NCBI RefSeq assembly: GCF_003704095.1
Contig: NW_020847569.1
Coordinates: forward strand, 682,001 to 746,000
Length of the DNA stretch: 64,000 bases
Reading direction: 5' to 3'
Origin: Pocillopora damicornis
Taxonomy: Eukaryota
Below the pieces are notes generated by a model that ran no database searches, was not told where the DNA came from, and saw only the letters and a list, made by a program, of their open reading frames with translations. How positions within the stretch are numbered: position 1 is the first letter of the stretch; each line of letters begins with the position of its first letter. The position numbers were made by a program, and so were the translations under genes. Positions 11,801 to 23,897 of this stretch are shown piece after piece.

Positions 11801-14750
11801 TTATTGCACCAAATTACGGAGTGTTTATTTTTCAAGTTCTTTACGGGTCGTCCCGGGAACTCAACGATCATAAGTCGAGCATGCACCAATGGATCACTTT
11901 ACAGCCGGCTGCGCCAATCTCCTGCGCAAAAATTTCAGGGGAAATTATATTGATACACCTTAATAAATCGACAAAGCTGAAATGGTAAGCTTCTTCTCAA
12001 GCCTGTTCTCCATTTCCTCTGCGATCCACATGTGGATAATTATCTATGCCTCTCACTCTATTTGAGGAGACAATCCGTGATGCTGAAAACGAATTAGTTT
12101 GTTTTCACATAGCTTCTTCAGGGTAACGTCTCGCACGCAGGCAAGAATTCACGCTGTCTCAGTTAATTAGGCGGGTTTCAAAGTAGCGCACAAAATAAAC
12201 AAAGTATTAAGGACAGTTTGAATTGACCATTACGGGAGGTGAACGAATGGAAATGATAAAAATAAGTTGATTTGAATCTCACGAAATCTCTATAGATTCT
12301 CCATGTTGATGCCGTCTCGTACCTGATGGAATTGAGTGTCAGAGTTACGCAGCCACAGCTTAGCACAGGTCCAGTCCATCTCGGAATCATTTGGGGTCCA
12401 TATAGGGTTTTCATGGTGTGGTTCTTGATGGAACTGAACTGCTATCGGCACCAGGTCTCCGTTACCTTTCACATAAAACAGGCCTAGGCTTGCGCACATG
12501 TATCTCCTTTCTAGGTCCGGTCGGTTCTGCCCGTAGTGCGGGATGTCCTCCAAGATCTTATAATCCACCATGTAAATACGGCCATCCTATGTGATGACAC
12601 CAAGAATCTTTTTCAATACTTACATGAGACAATGAAATGAGATATCCTCGTGAAATTCTTAATTATTTTGGGCATTAAAAAAGAGACCGCATAAACGTCA
12701 ACCTTTCCACAATCAAATAGTGCTATTTCTTAAATGTGCAATGTTTCTATTCACAAAAAGAACTTATTTACCGCCATGGTTTTCAAATACCGTTATCTCT
12801 TACGTGTGCAATATTTCTATTCACAAAAAGGACTTATTTACCGCCATGGCTTTCTTTAAACTGTCCCCACTGTCCAGCAGGTTACCAACCAACTCCTGTG
12901 TGACAGGAAAGTGGGGTGGCAGTTTTGTGCACCTCATGATTGAATCAGGATTACAGCCATTGAGAAACTGGTATCCAAAGAAACGGTCCTCTTTCCAGTA
13001 TTTTGCAGCTAGTGGAACCTCTCCAACAAAGCCAGTGAATGCCTATTTAAATAAATGTAGAATTTTTACAAATATATCAGACTATCAAATCAGTATGAAA
13101 TCACTTGGCACTTAATAATCATTCTGCAATAATCTGATAGAATTGACCGAACCATTTCAGAACTCAGAACAGAACAGAACCGAAAAAAAGTGTCTCTAAA
13201 AATCGGAAGTGTCAATCGGCAAACCTTGCAGTAGTCATCAAAGTCGTCCCACTGGTCAAAAAAATTCAACAAGTGCACAAGACCCAGGTTGATGAGTGCG
13301 TTTTTCCTGGCTCGATGAAGGTCATAGGCAGCTTCCTCGGTAAACTGCACGTCCTTGGGAAGATTCTTCACTCCAGATGCTTTCACGTAGCCTGGCAGAT
13401 CCTCATACACCTCATCTTTACCCCACTCATACAGTGCCCTCCTCTCCTTAAGCTCGGCTTCACGTCGACTTTTCAATTCAGGATGTTGCTCATCCGTGGG
13501 CAGTTTAGCTGAAATAGAAACGCAGTGGCATTAGGGGCCATCCATATAAACTGGTCGACTATGCCACATTCTTCTATAGAAATGTGAATCTTGCGCCAGG
13601 GTTGGGGAGGAGCGCACCCCCCCACCCCTTCCTTGAGATGACCAGTGGCTTTCTTATACAACAAGTATTGTGCGAAAAGAAAATGGAAAAAGAAAACTAT
13701 GTGATTTATTGGCGTTGAAGTAAAACATGAGATGAATTTAAAGAATTTATGTCAAACGCCCTAAACGTTTCGAGCATTAGCCCTACTTTTCGTCATAATA
13801 GACGTCAGTTACTTCATTCCTTAGTAGTGCACCCCCTCCTAAGAAGAAGAATCTCGGCTCCGCCCCTGTGCGCATGTTCGACGCGCTGTTTAGCAAAGAA
13901 GCTTGCGAGAGAGACCAGGTTATGGCTGTCTTACCTTTTCCTTCAAAGAAAGTGACTTCACTCTCTACCCAACGATTGCAAGGAAAAACATAGGTGACAT
14001 TCTTAGTTTTGATTGTTACTCGGTCGACGAACCAATCACTTCTGTACCCGCCGCCATCATTTTTTAGAGTGATCATCAAAAGCTCGCCAACATCCTTGGC
14101 GGTTATGTAGTAGTCGTCCTTCTGTCCGGCTTCAAAGTCATTATGGAACCATTTGTCCATAGACAGAGGGTTTGTTTCGCCGTTGCTACCTGAGATGAAA
14201 TTTTAAAGGCATTTTGCGAGGTTTTAAGTAGAAATTGGGGTCATTCATTTCACAAATGTTCACGGCCGCTCAGTTTGAAAAAATTAAAAATGATTTTGCA
14301 GAATTTGCCCTCATTTCTTAGCTTCCACGAGGACAACCATTCCGACGAGGCGTGCAGCTTTCAGGTCCTATTTATCCAAGGTATTCACTACGGTTGAAAA
14401 TCTCAAACGTAAACATTTCATTGTTGAACTTGCCTTCATAACGGAGGGAAAAGGTTCACAAATAAGGAAATCTACTGAAGTTAAAATGGTCGCAGAGAAT
14501 CTAAAGATTGTACCTCCCCACCAGAGGTCTAAATTGACTCGACGCCTCAAAATTTGGGTTCTCGTGTAAATGCCAAGCGCCAAGATTCAAAAAGTCCATA
14601 AGGTTTCTTAGGTAGTATATTTCGATGGAGAAATTTGACGAGAGAAAGATGTTAGGGTGAGTTACCTTTGATTATAAGAGACACTGATGCATCTGTACCA
14701 GCTCCTTTGCGGTTTCCCGTAACGACAGTGATTATATATTCTGACGTCAT
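8879..14750 (-). CDS. Stand-alone arachidonate lipoxygenase (PLAT + LOX domain), predicted R-specific, coral 8R-LOX-like
   Basis: Starts [23 protein letters not shown] (ATG 14750). PLAT motif DKWFHNDFEAG, then [29 protein letters not shown] (Gly at the Coffa site), QHAAVNFSQ and C-terminal LLPERIPNSIAI* (stop 8879-8881). About 9 exons with GT-AG boundaries. No catalase-like exons recognised upstream. Confidence 0.92.
9277..9430 (-). mobile_element. Degenerate copy of the 63628 repeat family in the last LOX intron
   Basis: Reverse complement of the same consensus (ggggtaagtttctaaagaaactg.ggtgctgcgtcggtgg). Confidence 0.75.
10308..10665. repeat. MITE-family copy with an internal ~155-bp tandem duplication
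   Basis: The unit ctcttatctcccagaagtgactaacatgtaac...ctaattcac occurs at ~10306-10460 and again at ~10461-10615 with few mismatches. Confidence 0.8.
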
Positions 14751-16722
14751 CTTTTCGTCTCCTGAAATTGACAGAGGCTGTATTCAAGAAATATTTCTAG
14801 TTCAAAGATATGTAATTAGTCTACATGCAGATATTTTTGAGGAAGAATAAAAAATAGAGAGCTGACTTTTTGCTTCTTCATGTATCTGATTGCTGCCAGA
14901 TCCACAACTGACTGGTGAGGAACCCGCCACGTAAATTTGTTCAAGAACCAATCAATGTCAAGTAATTTTTCGTGGGGCATTTCTCAAAATTCATGAAAAA
15001 TACCCTGTCTCAGCCAATCAACATTTAGTTATTGGCCCCCATATGTTATGAAATTATACCACTTATGATTTTTGAAATCACTCAAAAGGCAAACGATATC
15101 TATAGTCAATACTACCTGTTTGCGGTTACATACGATGCATATTCGATTGAGGAAATTTCCTTAAATTTACTTAAGTGTGTAAATACAAGTTAACTTCAAC
15201 AACACTATTTTATCCGAAAGCCTGTTATTTTTCTGAAAAATAGTTTAAAGTTCTAACCATTTTATCAAAATAGAAAAATAGATAAAATATTGCTAATATT
15301 GAGATCTCTGGTACTATCAAAGATTCCAGCCATTCACATGAAGAACAGTTTTTTTGGCAATCGCATTGGTGTTTAGCAGCATGGATACGGGTTTGAATTT
15401 AAATAACTTTTGAAACCACCCTAATTATTTCTGAACTATAAAAATTGTTAATGTTTCATCTTTATCTTTCTTTTCTTTCCGAGCATGCATGACCCCGTAA
15501 AGTCGATAGATATTAACCTTGATGAAAATGATATGTTAAGAGCGGTTTTGAATTTAATTTGGAACTAAAGCGCCCATAAAATTAGACGCCCAATTTTCGT
15601 AATGTTGTATTTAAGCATCCTAGTCGTAAATGTGCTTTAGTGGATAAACCGAAACAACTGACTAATTTGAAAAAGATTACTTATCAGGTTGCTCCTTGTG
15701 GAAGTAGCAATCACAGAACAGGGAGGTGATCAGTTAGAAAATCGGTCTGTGTTAAAAGAATGGATACATTCTTACTATTGGTAAATAAAGTATTCATGAT
15801 TGGAAAAGGAAAGAGTTCTTGGCAATAAAGAGACGAGATTGAGCAATTTGAAACCGGTTCTTAACAGTCAAAAGAAAAATGATCTTGCCGCGGTTGTTCG
15901 AAGGTCTGATAAAGCTATCCATAGGATAAATCTCCATCTGGTGGATAACGCCGTACGTTTCGCCACCACTTATTTTCGATTCATCCGTTGGATAGCATTA
16001 TCCGCCCTTTTCTACGAATGAGCCCTGGCTGTGAGGTTATTATGGCACTGAGTAAATTTAAAAGCATAAATCAGTAGCTTATAGCAAGGGGTAAAAAACA
16101 GAAATGAAAACACTCTTTCATGCGCAAACCTGAAATGTCGACATGTTTGATCCCTTTGAATTTAAGTCTTATCCAATCGAAACACTGGCATAATTCTTTC
16201 AGTTCGTTCAATTTAGACTCCATACCAACAGAACAACGCCGGATCGAGTGCAGGCGAGGAAGGTCAACTTTGCGAACAGCTTAACTGCCAATACAGTGAC
16301 CCACTCAAAGCCTGGGGCGATAGGCGGTCAGAACATGTGCTGTACTTAGCGGAGGGGGGAGGGGAATGAAATAAGTCAAGAGATCGAGAGTTGGTGTGCA
16401 TGGATATTTCTAAACCGAGCGAGCGAGTCTGGAGGAAATGTTTAAGTTCTGACGTCGAACTCGGAGTGATCTTCAGCTCGAATTGATTTCCTCGTGACTA
16501 AAGCATGTGTCGAAAAATGGTGGCTGTCATGTTACATTGATAAGATCACGTTTCTCATAACTGGTACTTTTATAAAAGCCATGCAGCTTTGCGCCTTTGA
16601 ATTTCGGCGGCTGTCGATTTAAAGCGATAAAGGAGAACTTTATTACACCGCGGTGAAAGACGTCAAGTCATTTTTGTCAATGGTGACAATTATATTTATC
16701 GTTGTTACTAGTTTATCTCTAA

Positions 16723-16822
16723 NNNNNNNNNNNNNNNNNNNNNNNNNNNNNNNNNNNNNNNNNNNNNNNNNNNNNNNNNNNNNNNNNNNNNNNNNNNNNN
16801 NNNNNNNNNNNNNNNNNNNNNN
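16723..16822. other. Assembly gap (100 N)
   Basis: Run of N; true length unknown. Confidence 1.
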
Positions 16823-18371
16823 AATAAGCGCGTTTATTTCGTGGGTATTGCACAACTCACTCAAGAGCACTTTCCAGGCAAATTCGACTAAATCCTTTTT
16901 TTCTTGATTTAGTTTTTGATTTCGCTTTTGAATTTCGTAGTCCTCTTTAGATCTCCATATTTGACTGCCGCTGAATGACCCCCTTTCGACACGATATGAT
17001 GATCTTAAACATTCTTCACAGCCTTTGGATTTTAACCCTAATCGTATTAGTAGAAATATACATCATAACAAAGGGCCAATATTGGTGTCACGTACTTCAT
17101 CACAGGTTTGTCTTTATAATCGACTTATTTTGTAAATACTAACAAATTTTTGACTTAAATCGTTTAAACAGATTTTTGAACAACAATTTTATTGTCCTTT
17201 GGAGAGATTGGAGTGTTCCATAATGGTCAGTTCCTCCCAAAAAATTATTAGAACTCGGTCCTACTTAATATACAAGTAATAGTCGTGTTGGAATTTTGGA
17301 GCCCAAATGCTCGTTAAACAGTCTCAAGTGACAAGAAACCGCCTACGCAACCCTTGTTAGAAGTTTCGTCACGTAAAGATAAGGAAAATTGCAATACGAG
17401 TGTAACTGAATGATCTTTTTGATCAGACTTCAGTTGCACAATCAATAAGTAGCCATTGATTTGTGGTAGTCGGAATATCTATTTCCTCTTCCTCTGACGA
17501 AACACCTCTCAAGTTATTAAGGATTAAGATAAGTGATTGCTGACGAGGACCATCGAATGACAAAGAAATCGTGAAAGAATGGGGAAACGGTTCATTAAAT
17601 CCCATCGCCACACCTTGCGAACGACCATAGTATCTGGGGTTTGCCCAAGCTCTTCTGCAGGAAATGACGTCTTTTTCAAGCTAACTCTACTCTACTACTC
17701 CGCTGGAATGTTTGGGATATGTTATTTTGCTTTACATTTCGCAGGAAACAACGCCTAATATCATGACCTGACCTAAGAGTCACTGTAGAGTTTGCCCTAT
17801 AGATTACCTAACCTCCTTAATTTTAATTCATTTTTGTTATAAGACACTTAGCATTATCGAAAATTAAGCGGTTCACGTAGTTTTTGTGACGTCGCAAGTG
17901 CTAACTTGAATGGCACGAAAAGGCTTACGTAAGGCGAAATAATAAAAAATAAAATCAAAGACGGAATCCTAAAAATTAAAAAAAGATAGCAGTGAAAGAA
18001 GTTTTAAGTGCGTGGAAGGTGAATTTGTCCTTCCCCAAATACCCTGAAGACATTCTTATGACAATCTCCTCCTTACAGCTGGAGAAGCAATTTCAAAATC
18101 TACCCGGTCGCTGTATGTTGGACATGTCCTCTCTTCAGACAGGAGACTGGCTTACTGTGACGTGAAAGAGATAAATTCCACGGATCGAGAAGTTGAATTT
18201 CATTTTATTCCCGAAGGGTTCGTAGATTGAAATACTCTTCATTTATCTTTATATTCAAGATATCTTGTCGTCCTGAATTTCATATAACCACCAGGGACTT
18301 CTACATTTATCAACATAGTCATGAGCGCCGTTGATTCACGAAAATATCTGACCGGTTTCTCAATTTTTTCC

Positions 18372-18480
18372 TGGAATTTAGCTTTTCTCACTTTTTCAAC
18401 GAACCCTATTATTTATTGTTGGAAGTGATAAATATCCGATGCACCATTATAGACATTCTCTAATACGTATTCTAGCGCAG
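18372..18480 (+). pseudogene. Second, more decayed GPCR TM7 remnant
   Basis: WNLAFLTFSTNPIIYCWK followed immediately by stops; resembles the 21.6 kb remnant. Confidence 0.5.
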
Positions 18481-20939
18481 CTAAGAAAGCTGCGGTTTTG
18501 CAATCGAAGCTCATTCTGCCAAGAAACGGAACTCGCTATTCATAATTTTTCCCTTGAGCATCATGTCTACCCTAATGTACTAACCTACAGTTTTCTCCGC
18601 AGAGCACATTTTTTTTGTCATCTTCAGTAGTCTGTTTTGTTTCTTTTCTGGGATTATAGTACAGTGAAATTCGCTCGTTTCTTAACTGACAAAGGACTTT
18701 TGAAACTACGGCCCTCTTAAACTTCATTTGAAATTAAAGAGCGAAGACATGATAATATTTTTGACAATCACTTGTAAATTTCTCTGTAATTCAAATAATG
18801 CATTAGCATGAAGCGAAGTAGTATATATCCATGTGATCAGCTTTATTTCTTCTACATTTATTCGCTCTTCAGGTCTTTTGGCTACTTGTGCAAAATCTGA
18901 ATTGTGTTCGTCATGAAATCTTGCCGATATGAAGCGTCAGCTCTTTGGAGGTAGGAACAGTATTCCAGCAATACAAAACAGTTCAATTGGTGCCTATCAT
19001 TAATTTTAAGAACGGGTTTCCCTTTCTATACCGAGGAATAAAAGCAATTAATTCATCTCTCCGACGGATGGGCGTAGGAATTCTGTCCATAAGTAATACG
19101 TACAAGTGTACTTGTCGGCGCTGTACACATTACAACACAGAAAAATAGAAATGACTGGGTGCCAATCCACTATCAAGTGTTTGTGCTAGAGAAAAAGCAT
19201 GATATAAGTATCTAAAATACAGCTCATAGAATGCAATACCTTCTCCTTCCGAAATCATCTTGATCCTGTCCTCGACAATAAGAGCAGACCTTAGCCAAAC
19301 TTCGCTGAATACAAATTTTGCCCAGAATTTTGCATAAAAATTGTTTTAAGTTATGAATATATTATGGTGGTCCCTTGATAAAAAAAAATGAATATGCAAG
19401 ATTAAGGATTGCAAAATAATTAAGTTTTTCACACTACGGAATGCCACAAGATCCTTTGTTGTAATTTTTGTGGATCAGACGAAGGATTATTTTGTTTGTT
19501 TCCACATTTGTTTTCTCACTCCTGATTTACATAAAGATAAAGAAAAAAACCTTAAGAGGAATCAAAGCAAAGGTCTTGTAAGATCTAATTGCAAGATTTT
19601 TTTTATCCGCGATTTTTTTCTCAGTGTTTATTACCAGCATAGCTTGTTTTGTGTTCTGTCAGTTTTTTCGCTTGTTTCCGAAGGGTTTGGTGATTCGTGT
19701 TTCTTTTCGATTCTCATCTGCATTTGCTTACCGGCATGTTCGCCTTTATTAGCGCCCTCATAGGTTTTTTTCGTGTCCTTTTAAAAGGAGGAGATTAAAC
19801 TCCCAAAAATATTTTTCAAAAGACAACCGACAGCGATAAAAAAAAATTGAGCAAAAGTTTAAAACGTTACCCAGAGGAATTCGTGTTCTTGAATCCCCTG
19901 CTTTGTTGTTTTAAGTCGAATGGATACGTTTCATTTCAGTTTGGTATTTTGAAAACATTGGAAAATAAGTGAGCAGTTACTTCCGTCGCTTAAATCGATA
20001 ACTTGCCCTTGCATTCGTATTTTAAGAATATTTATGATCCATCAAAATAATTTTGGCTCGCGTGCTCTTGGTCTAAACGGTTTACAGTTTTCCTCGAACT
20101 CCGCTCTTGGAAAACTGTTGGCATCTTGGAACAGATAATGTCCGCGAACAAATATCCGTACATATTTTCACGCCAAATATAGAGCTATTGTTTATACATC
20201 CATTTATTCTAAATTTCGAATTGGCTCAAAATTGTTTCATGAAGTGGAAGTTTAAAAAAATAATTTCATATGTTGTAGTATTTCATCTCACTGACTGATT
20301 TTCCTACCCACTTAGCTATTGATTACAATTTTTATTTCACAGCACTCCATTAATGAGAGTTCATTACATATCGCTAGCTTCTTTGCTTCACGTTAAAATA
20401 TTTCTCACCATCATTGTTTGACTTATTGCAAAATTGACTTCTTTTATTAACCCTTTGTAGACCCCTAGGAGTGACCAGCATCTAATTTCTCTTTACAATA
20501 TCACCTCTGAATCACTCATTAAGGTCCGGAGAATAAACGAGCATCTAATTTCTCTTTACAATATCATCTCTGAATTACTCATTAAGGTCAGGAGAATAAA
20601 CGAAACGATCACTAACCAAAGAAACTCTTTGATTGTGATACCAATTCTCCTTGTCAGCACCTTAGGGAATTGTATAAAAAAGAAATGGAGAATGTGTACA
20701 CAAAAGCAAGTCAGGAAGCGGCTAGGTGGGCAAGTGTTACATTCTCACCCGAATTCAAACACTACACACTATCACTGAAGGACGCTTATAGAAGATTGCG
20801 GTGGTTAAACTAAGTAAATGGCCTCATGAACCCCATTAGTCCTAGCATCAGTATGCATATTCTCCCCATACTCATCTCTATACATTTCCTTAGGTGCTGG
20901 CAAGGAGAATTTGTTTAACAATTAAGAGCTTATTGGTTA

Positions 20940-21078
20940 TCAGACTACACTTCCACATGTTATCCCCCGGCTTCAAACCATTTACTGTACAAAACAGTAC
21001 AGTAGACTTACGGTAGACACTCGTCAGTTACGGAGAAAAGTTTTTGTATAGCCATTTGCCTTTAGGACATTGGAAACA
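20940..21078. mobile_element. Penelope-like fragment abutting an assembly gap
   Basis: 20940-20996 is the near-exact reverse complement of 22415-22470. The minus-strand peptide VSNVLKANGYTKTFLRN resembles the post-RT 'L..NGYP..FI' motif. Confidence 0.55.
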
Positions 21079-21178
21079 NNNNNNNNNNNNNNNNNNNNNN
21101 NNNNNNNNNNNNNNNNNNNNNNNNNNNNNNNNNNNNNNNNNNNNNNNNNNNNNNNNNNNNNNNNNNNNNNNNNNNNNN
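21079..21178. other. Assembly gap (100 N)
   Basis: Run of N; true length unknown. Confidence 1.
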
Positions 21179-21506
21179 CTATATCACGAAATCTATGAAT
21201 AACCTCGCTATTCGGTGTTACGGCTTTCAGTTTGGACAGATTCCTTGCCATCCATTTTCATCTCAGATATCAGGAACTTGTGACTCAAAGGCGTGTTGTT
21301 GCCGCGGCATTGTGGCGTGGATCTTCAGCGAATCGCTTTCATCCCTTGGTCTGTTGATTCCAAGGAATGTCATAAAGCTGGTTTTTGCTGCTAAAAACGT
21401 TATTTGCATAGTGCTGACGACAGTGGTCTTCGCTAATCTTCTTGCAGTTTTCGACGCTTTAGTTACCAAGCTCAAATTCCAGTGCAATACTTTGGTTAAA
21501 TGGTAA

Positions 21507-21698
21507 ATGGGACGGGTCTTAGAAATTCTGCCATGGTTGCCTTGTATATCAGTAATACTTTTCACGATAAATTCATGGACCTTAGTGTTTGTTAATTCTT
21601 CTTTAAACCCTATAATTTTCTGCTGGAAGATGAGGCACATTCGACGTGCTATTTTAAACGTTCTGCAAAATGTGCATCAAAGTTGTAGGTCAAGTTGA
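21507..21698 (+). pseudogene. Rhodopsin-class GPCR remnant (TM6/TM7 and helix 8)
   Basis: Reads ILPWLP...SWTLVFVNSSLNPIIFCWKMRHIRRAI (NSxxNPxx(Y/F) motif plus basic helix 8). An in-frame stop lies just upstream and no TM1-5 is recognisable. Confidence 0.65.
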
Positions 21699-22414
21699 TA
21701 TCACTGTTACCGAATATCATTTAAGATCTTGGATATTTTGGGTTATGATTTCATTCTATTTGTGTTTGAGGAAACGGAGCCACCATGTCGTTCTTTCAAA
21801 CACGGTGCAAAACCGTGAACACATTTTGTTTGTTTATAGTGAGTAAAAATAGCTCTGTATTGTATTTCCCCTCAAGATTTCCTTGACAGTTTTATCCCTG
21901 ATAACTTTTCCGTGTCAATGTAGAAAGAAGATATTAAGCAGTGCATAATTTTTAAAAATGTTTTCTTTATTCGATCTGTTGTTCTAAGAGCTAAACTTTC
22001 TGTGGCTTCTGTCCATCTTTCTTTCGTGCACAAACGGACATGCTATATTTTTTTTAAGGATAGTTACAAAGAAATTTGGAAAAAAGAAATTTCGTAGTGA
22101 AGATCGACAAGATGTCTCAAGTCAAGTAAACATGGAACGGTTTAGTTCTAAATCAACGAAAATCTACTCCAGAGCTGCTTTCATTTTGTTGACAGGTGTT
22201 TCTGATTAGTTTACTCTGTTAATGTACCGCAGATAATTTTCCGCAATGTGTTTGTCATAAAAAACTTGTCAGCGTAAATGTGGCTTAAACAACGTCACCG
22301 AAGGTCGCGTTGTCTAATATAAACTAAACTGAACCGATGACATATTAATGCTTTTGACAGCTGCTTATAATCTCTTGTTGAGAATCGATCTTTTTTTTCT
22401 TTGAATAAAGGTTG

Positions 22415-22643
22415 TGTTTTGTACAGTAAATGGTTTGAAGCCGGGGGTAACATGTGGAAGTGTAGTCTGATCGTCCGGGTGAGTGTAGTCCTGAAAAGAA
22501 CTGTTGTCGGTATTGGTGACCATGAGCAGAAGTCATCACCAGCCTCTGATGATGACTTCCGCTCAGATTGTCGAAACGTCAGTCACTCCAACCGACAACA
22601 GTCCTTTTCAGAACTACACTCACCCGGACGATCAGACTACACT
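22415..22643. mobile_element. Penelope-like pseudo-LTR foldback with hammerhead-type core
   Basis: About 52-bp inverted arms at 22460-22511 and 22591-22643 flank CTGATGA (22546) ... GAAACGTC (22573-22580). A partial inverted copy at 20940-20996 lies next to a Penelope-like ORF scrap (VSNVLKANGYTKTFLRN). Confidence 0.65.
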
Positions 22644-22952
22644 ATGACATAGTATTTTGTGACTCAAAGATTTGTCGAAGAGAAGAAATCTTTTGTGTCA
22701 GAATGAATAACAAATGCATTTGCACTCAAATGGTGCCTTTGATAGACTTTCCACCGTCATCAAGAGCTCGGTCTTCTTTTGTCACGAACGCTGAACAATT
22801 TCACGAACTGCAGCTGGTTGTTAGCACTCTCCTTTTAAGGTAGCTAACTGATAACAATACCGTCTTTCGATAAAAAAAATTCAGTCATCTGTTTCATCTC
22901 ATTTATCACCAGCGAAAATTGACCACAATTTCTTGCGACTGACGTTTCTATT

Positions 22953-22995
22953 GACTGACAATTTCTAGTGACTGACAATTTCTAGTGACTGACAA
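22953..22995. repeat. 17-bp tandem repeat, ~2.5 copies
   Basis: gactgacaatttctagt repeated. Confidence 0.85.
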
Positions 22996-23897
22996 GACCA
23001 TGAATTTTTTTCTAAAGTATTGATAATTTTATGCCTAGCACGTTTCAATGAAATTTTTGTTTTTCACCTCAGTGCACTGGGCACGTCTCTGAATTTCTGT
23101 GAATGGAGACGAACGTAAAAGCAAGCCAGCTAAAACAGCGGTTGTATACCGAAAGGCGGCAAAAGCATCATCTTTCCCTGGCGCCATTTTCTTATCGTCC
23201 TCAATAATCACGAATGTGGCACTGACATCCTTCTTTTCAGCTAGGAAAAGCCACTCTAAGCTTTTTAACGGCAGTTCTTCGCTTTTCGTCCTCTCAAGCC
23301 TGTTTTGCTTGTACGCAGTAACCATAGCCACTTGGAAATATTTTGGACAACCGATTTAATCTTCTCAGCATACTATTTGGGGTAGCATTTGTACGTGTAA
23401 CTGGGTTTAACCAGAAAAATAGGAAACGTCCAGTCTTCTCAAAAGATACAGAGACATTTTCCATTTGCCTCCGTTACACTATAATTATCACATGTATATA
23501 CTTCTGCCTAGTAATAAATTTTTAGTATATGTCGAGTTATATTTACATTTCTTTAGATATTTCAAAACAAGCCGTACTCCTTTATAAAGAAAATATGAGG
23601 TTCATCTAAATTAAACTTTAAGATTCAGCACGAAGAAGAACACACTAAAGAATTACCACGTATAGGGCTCACCTAGATGAATAAATAAATAAATTACTGT
23701 AGAGAAAAACTATTTCAATGCGAATATTGATGAAAACTTGTTTTACCATGTAAATTGAACACGGCCCGTTAAGATGTTCTCGACTCTTGAAAGCATTCAC
23801 TTTCGAACATTTTCTTGGCTGTGAAACGTAACGCAGTCATGTGTATTCTTATCAAGTAGCTAAACAAGTTGGTATGTAAGAATTATAGCATGCTTCT

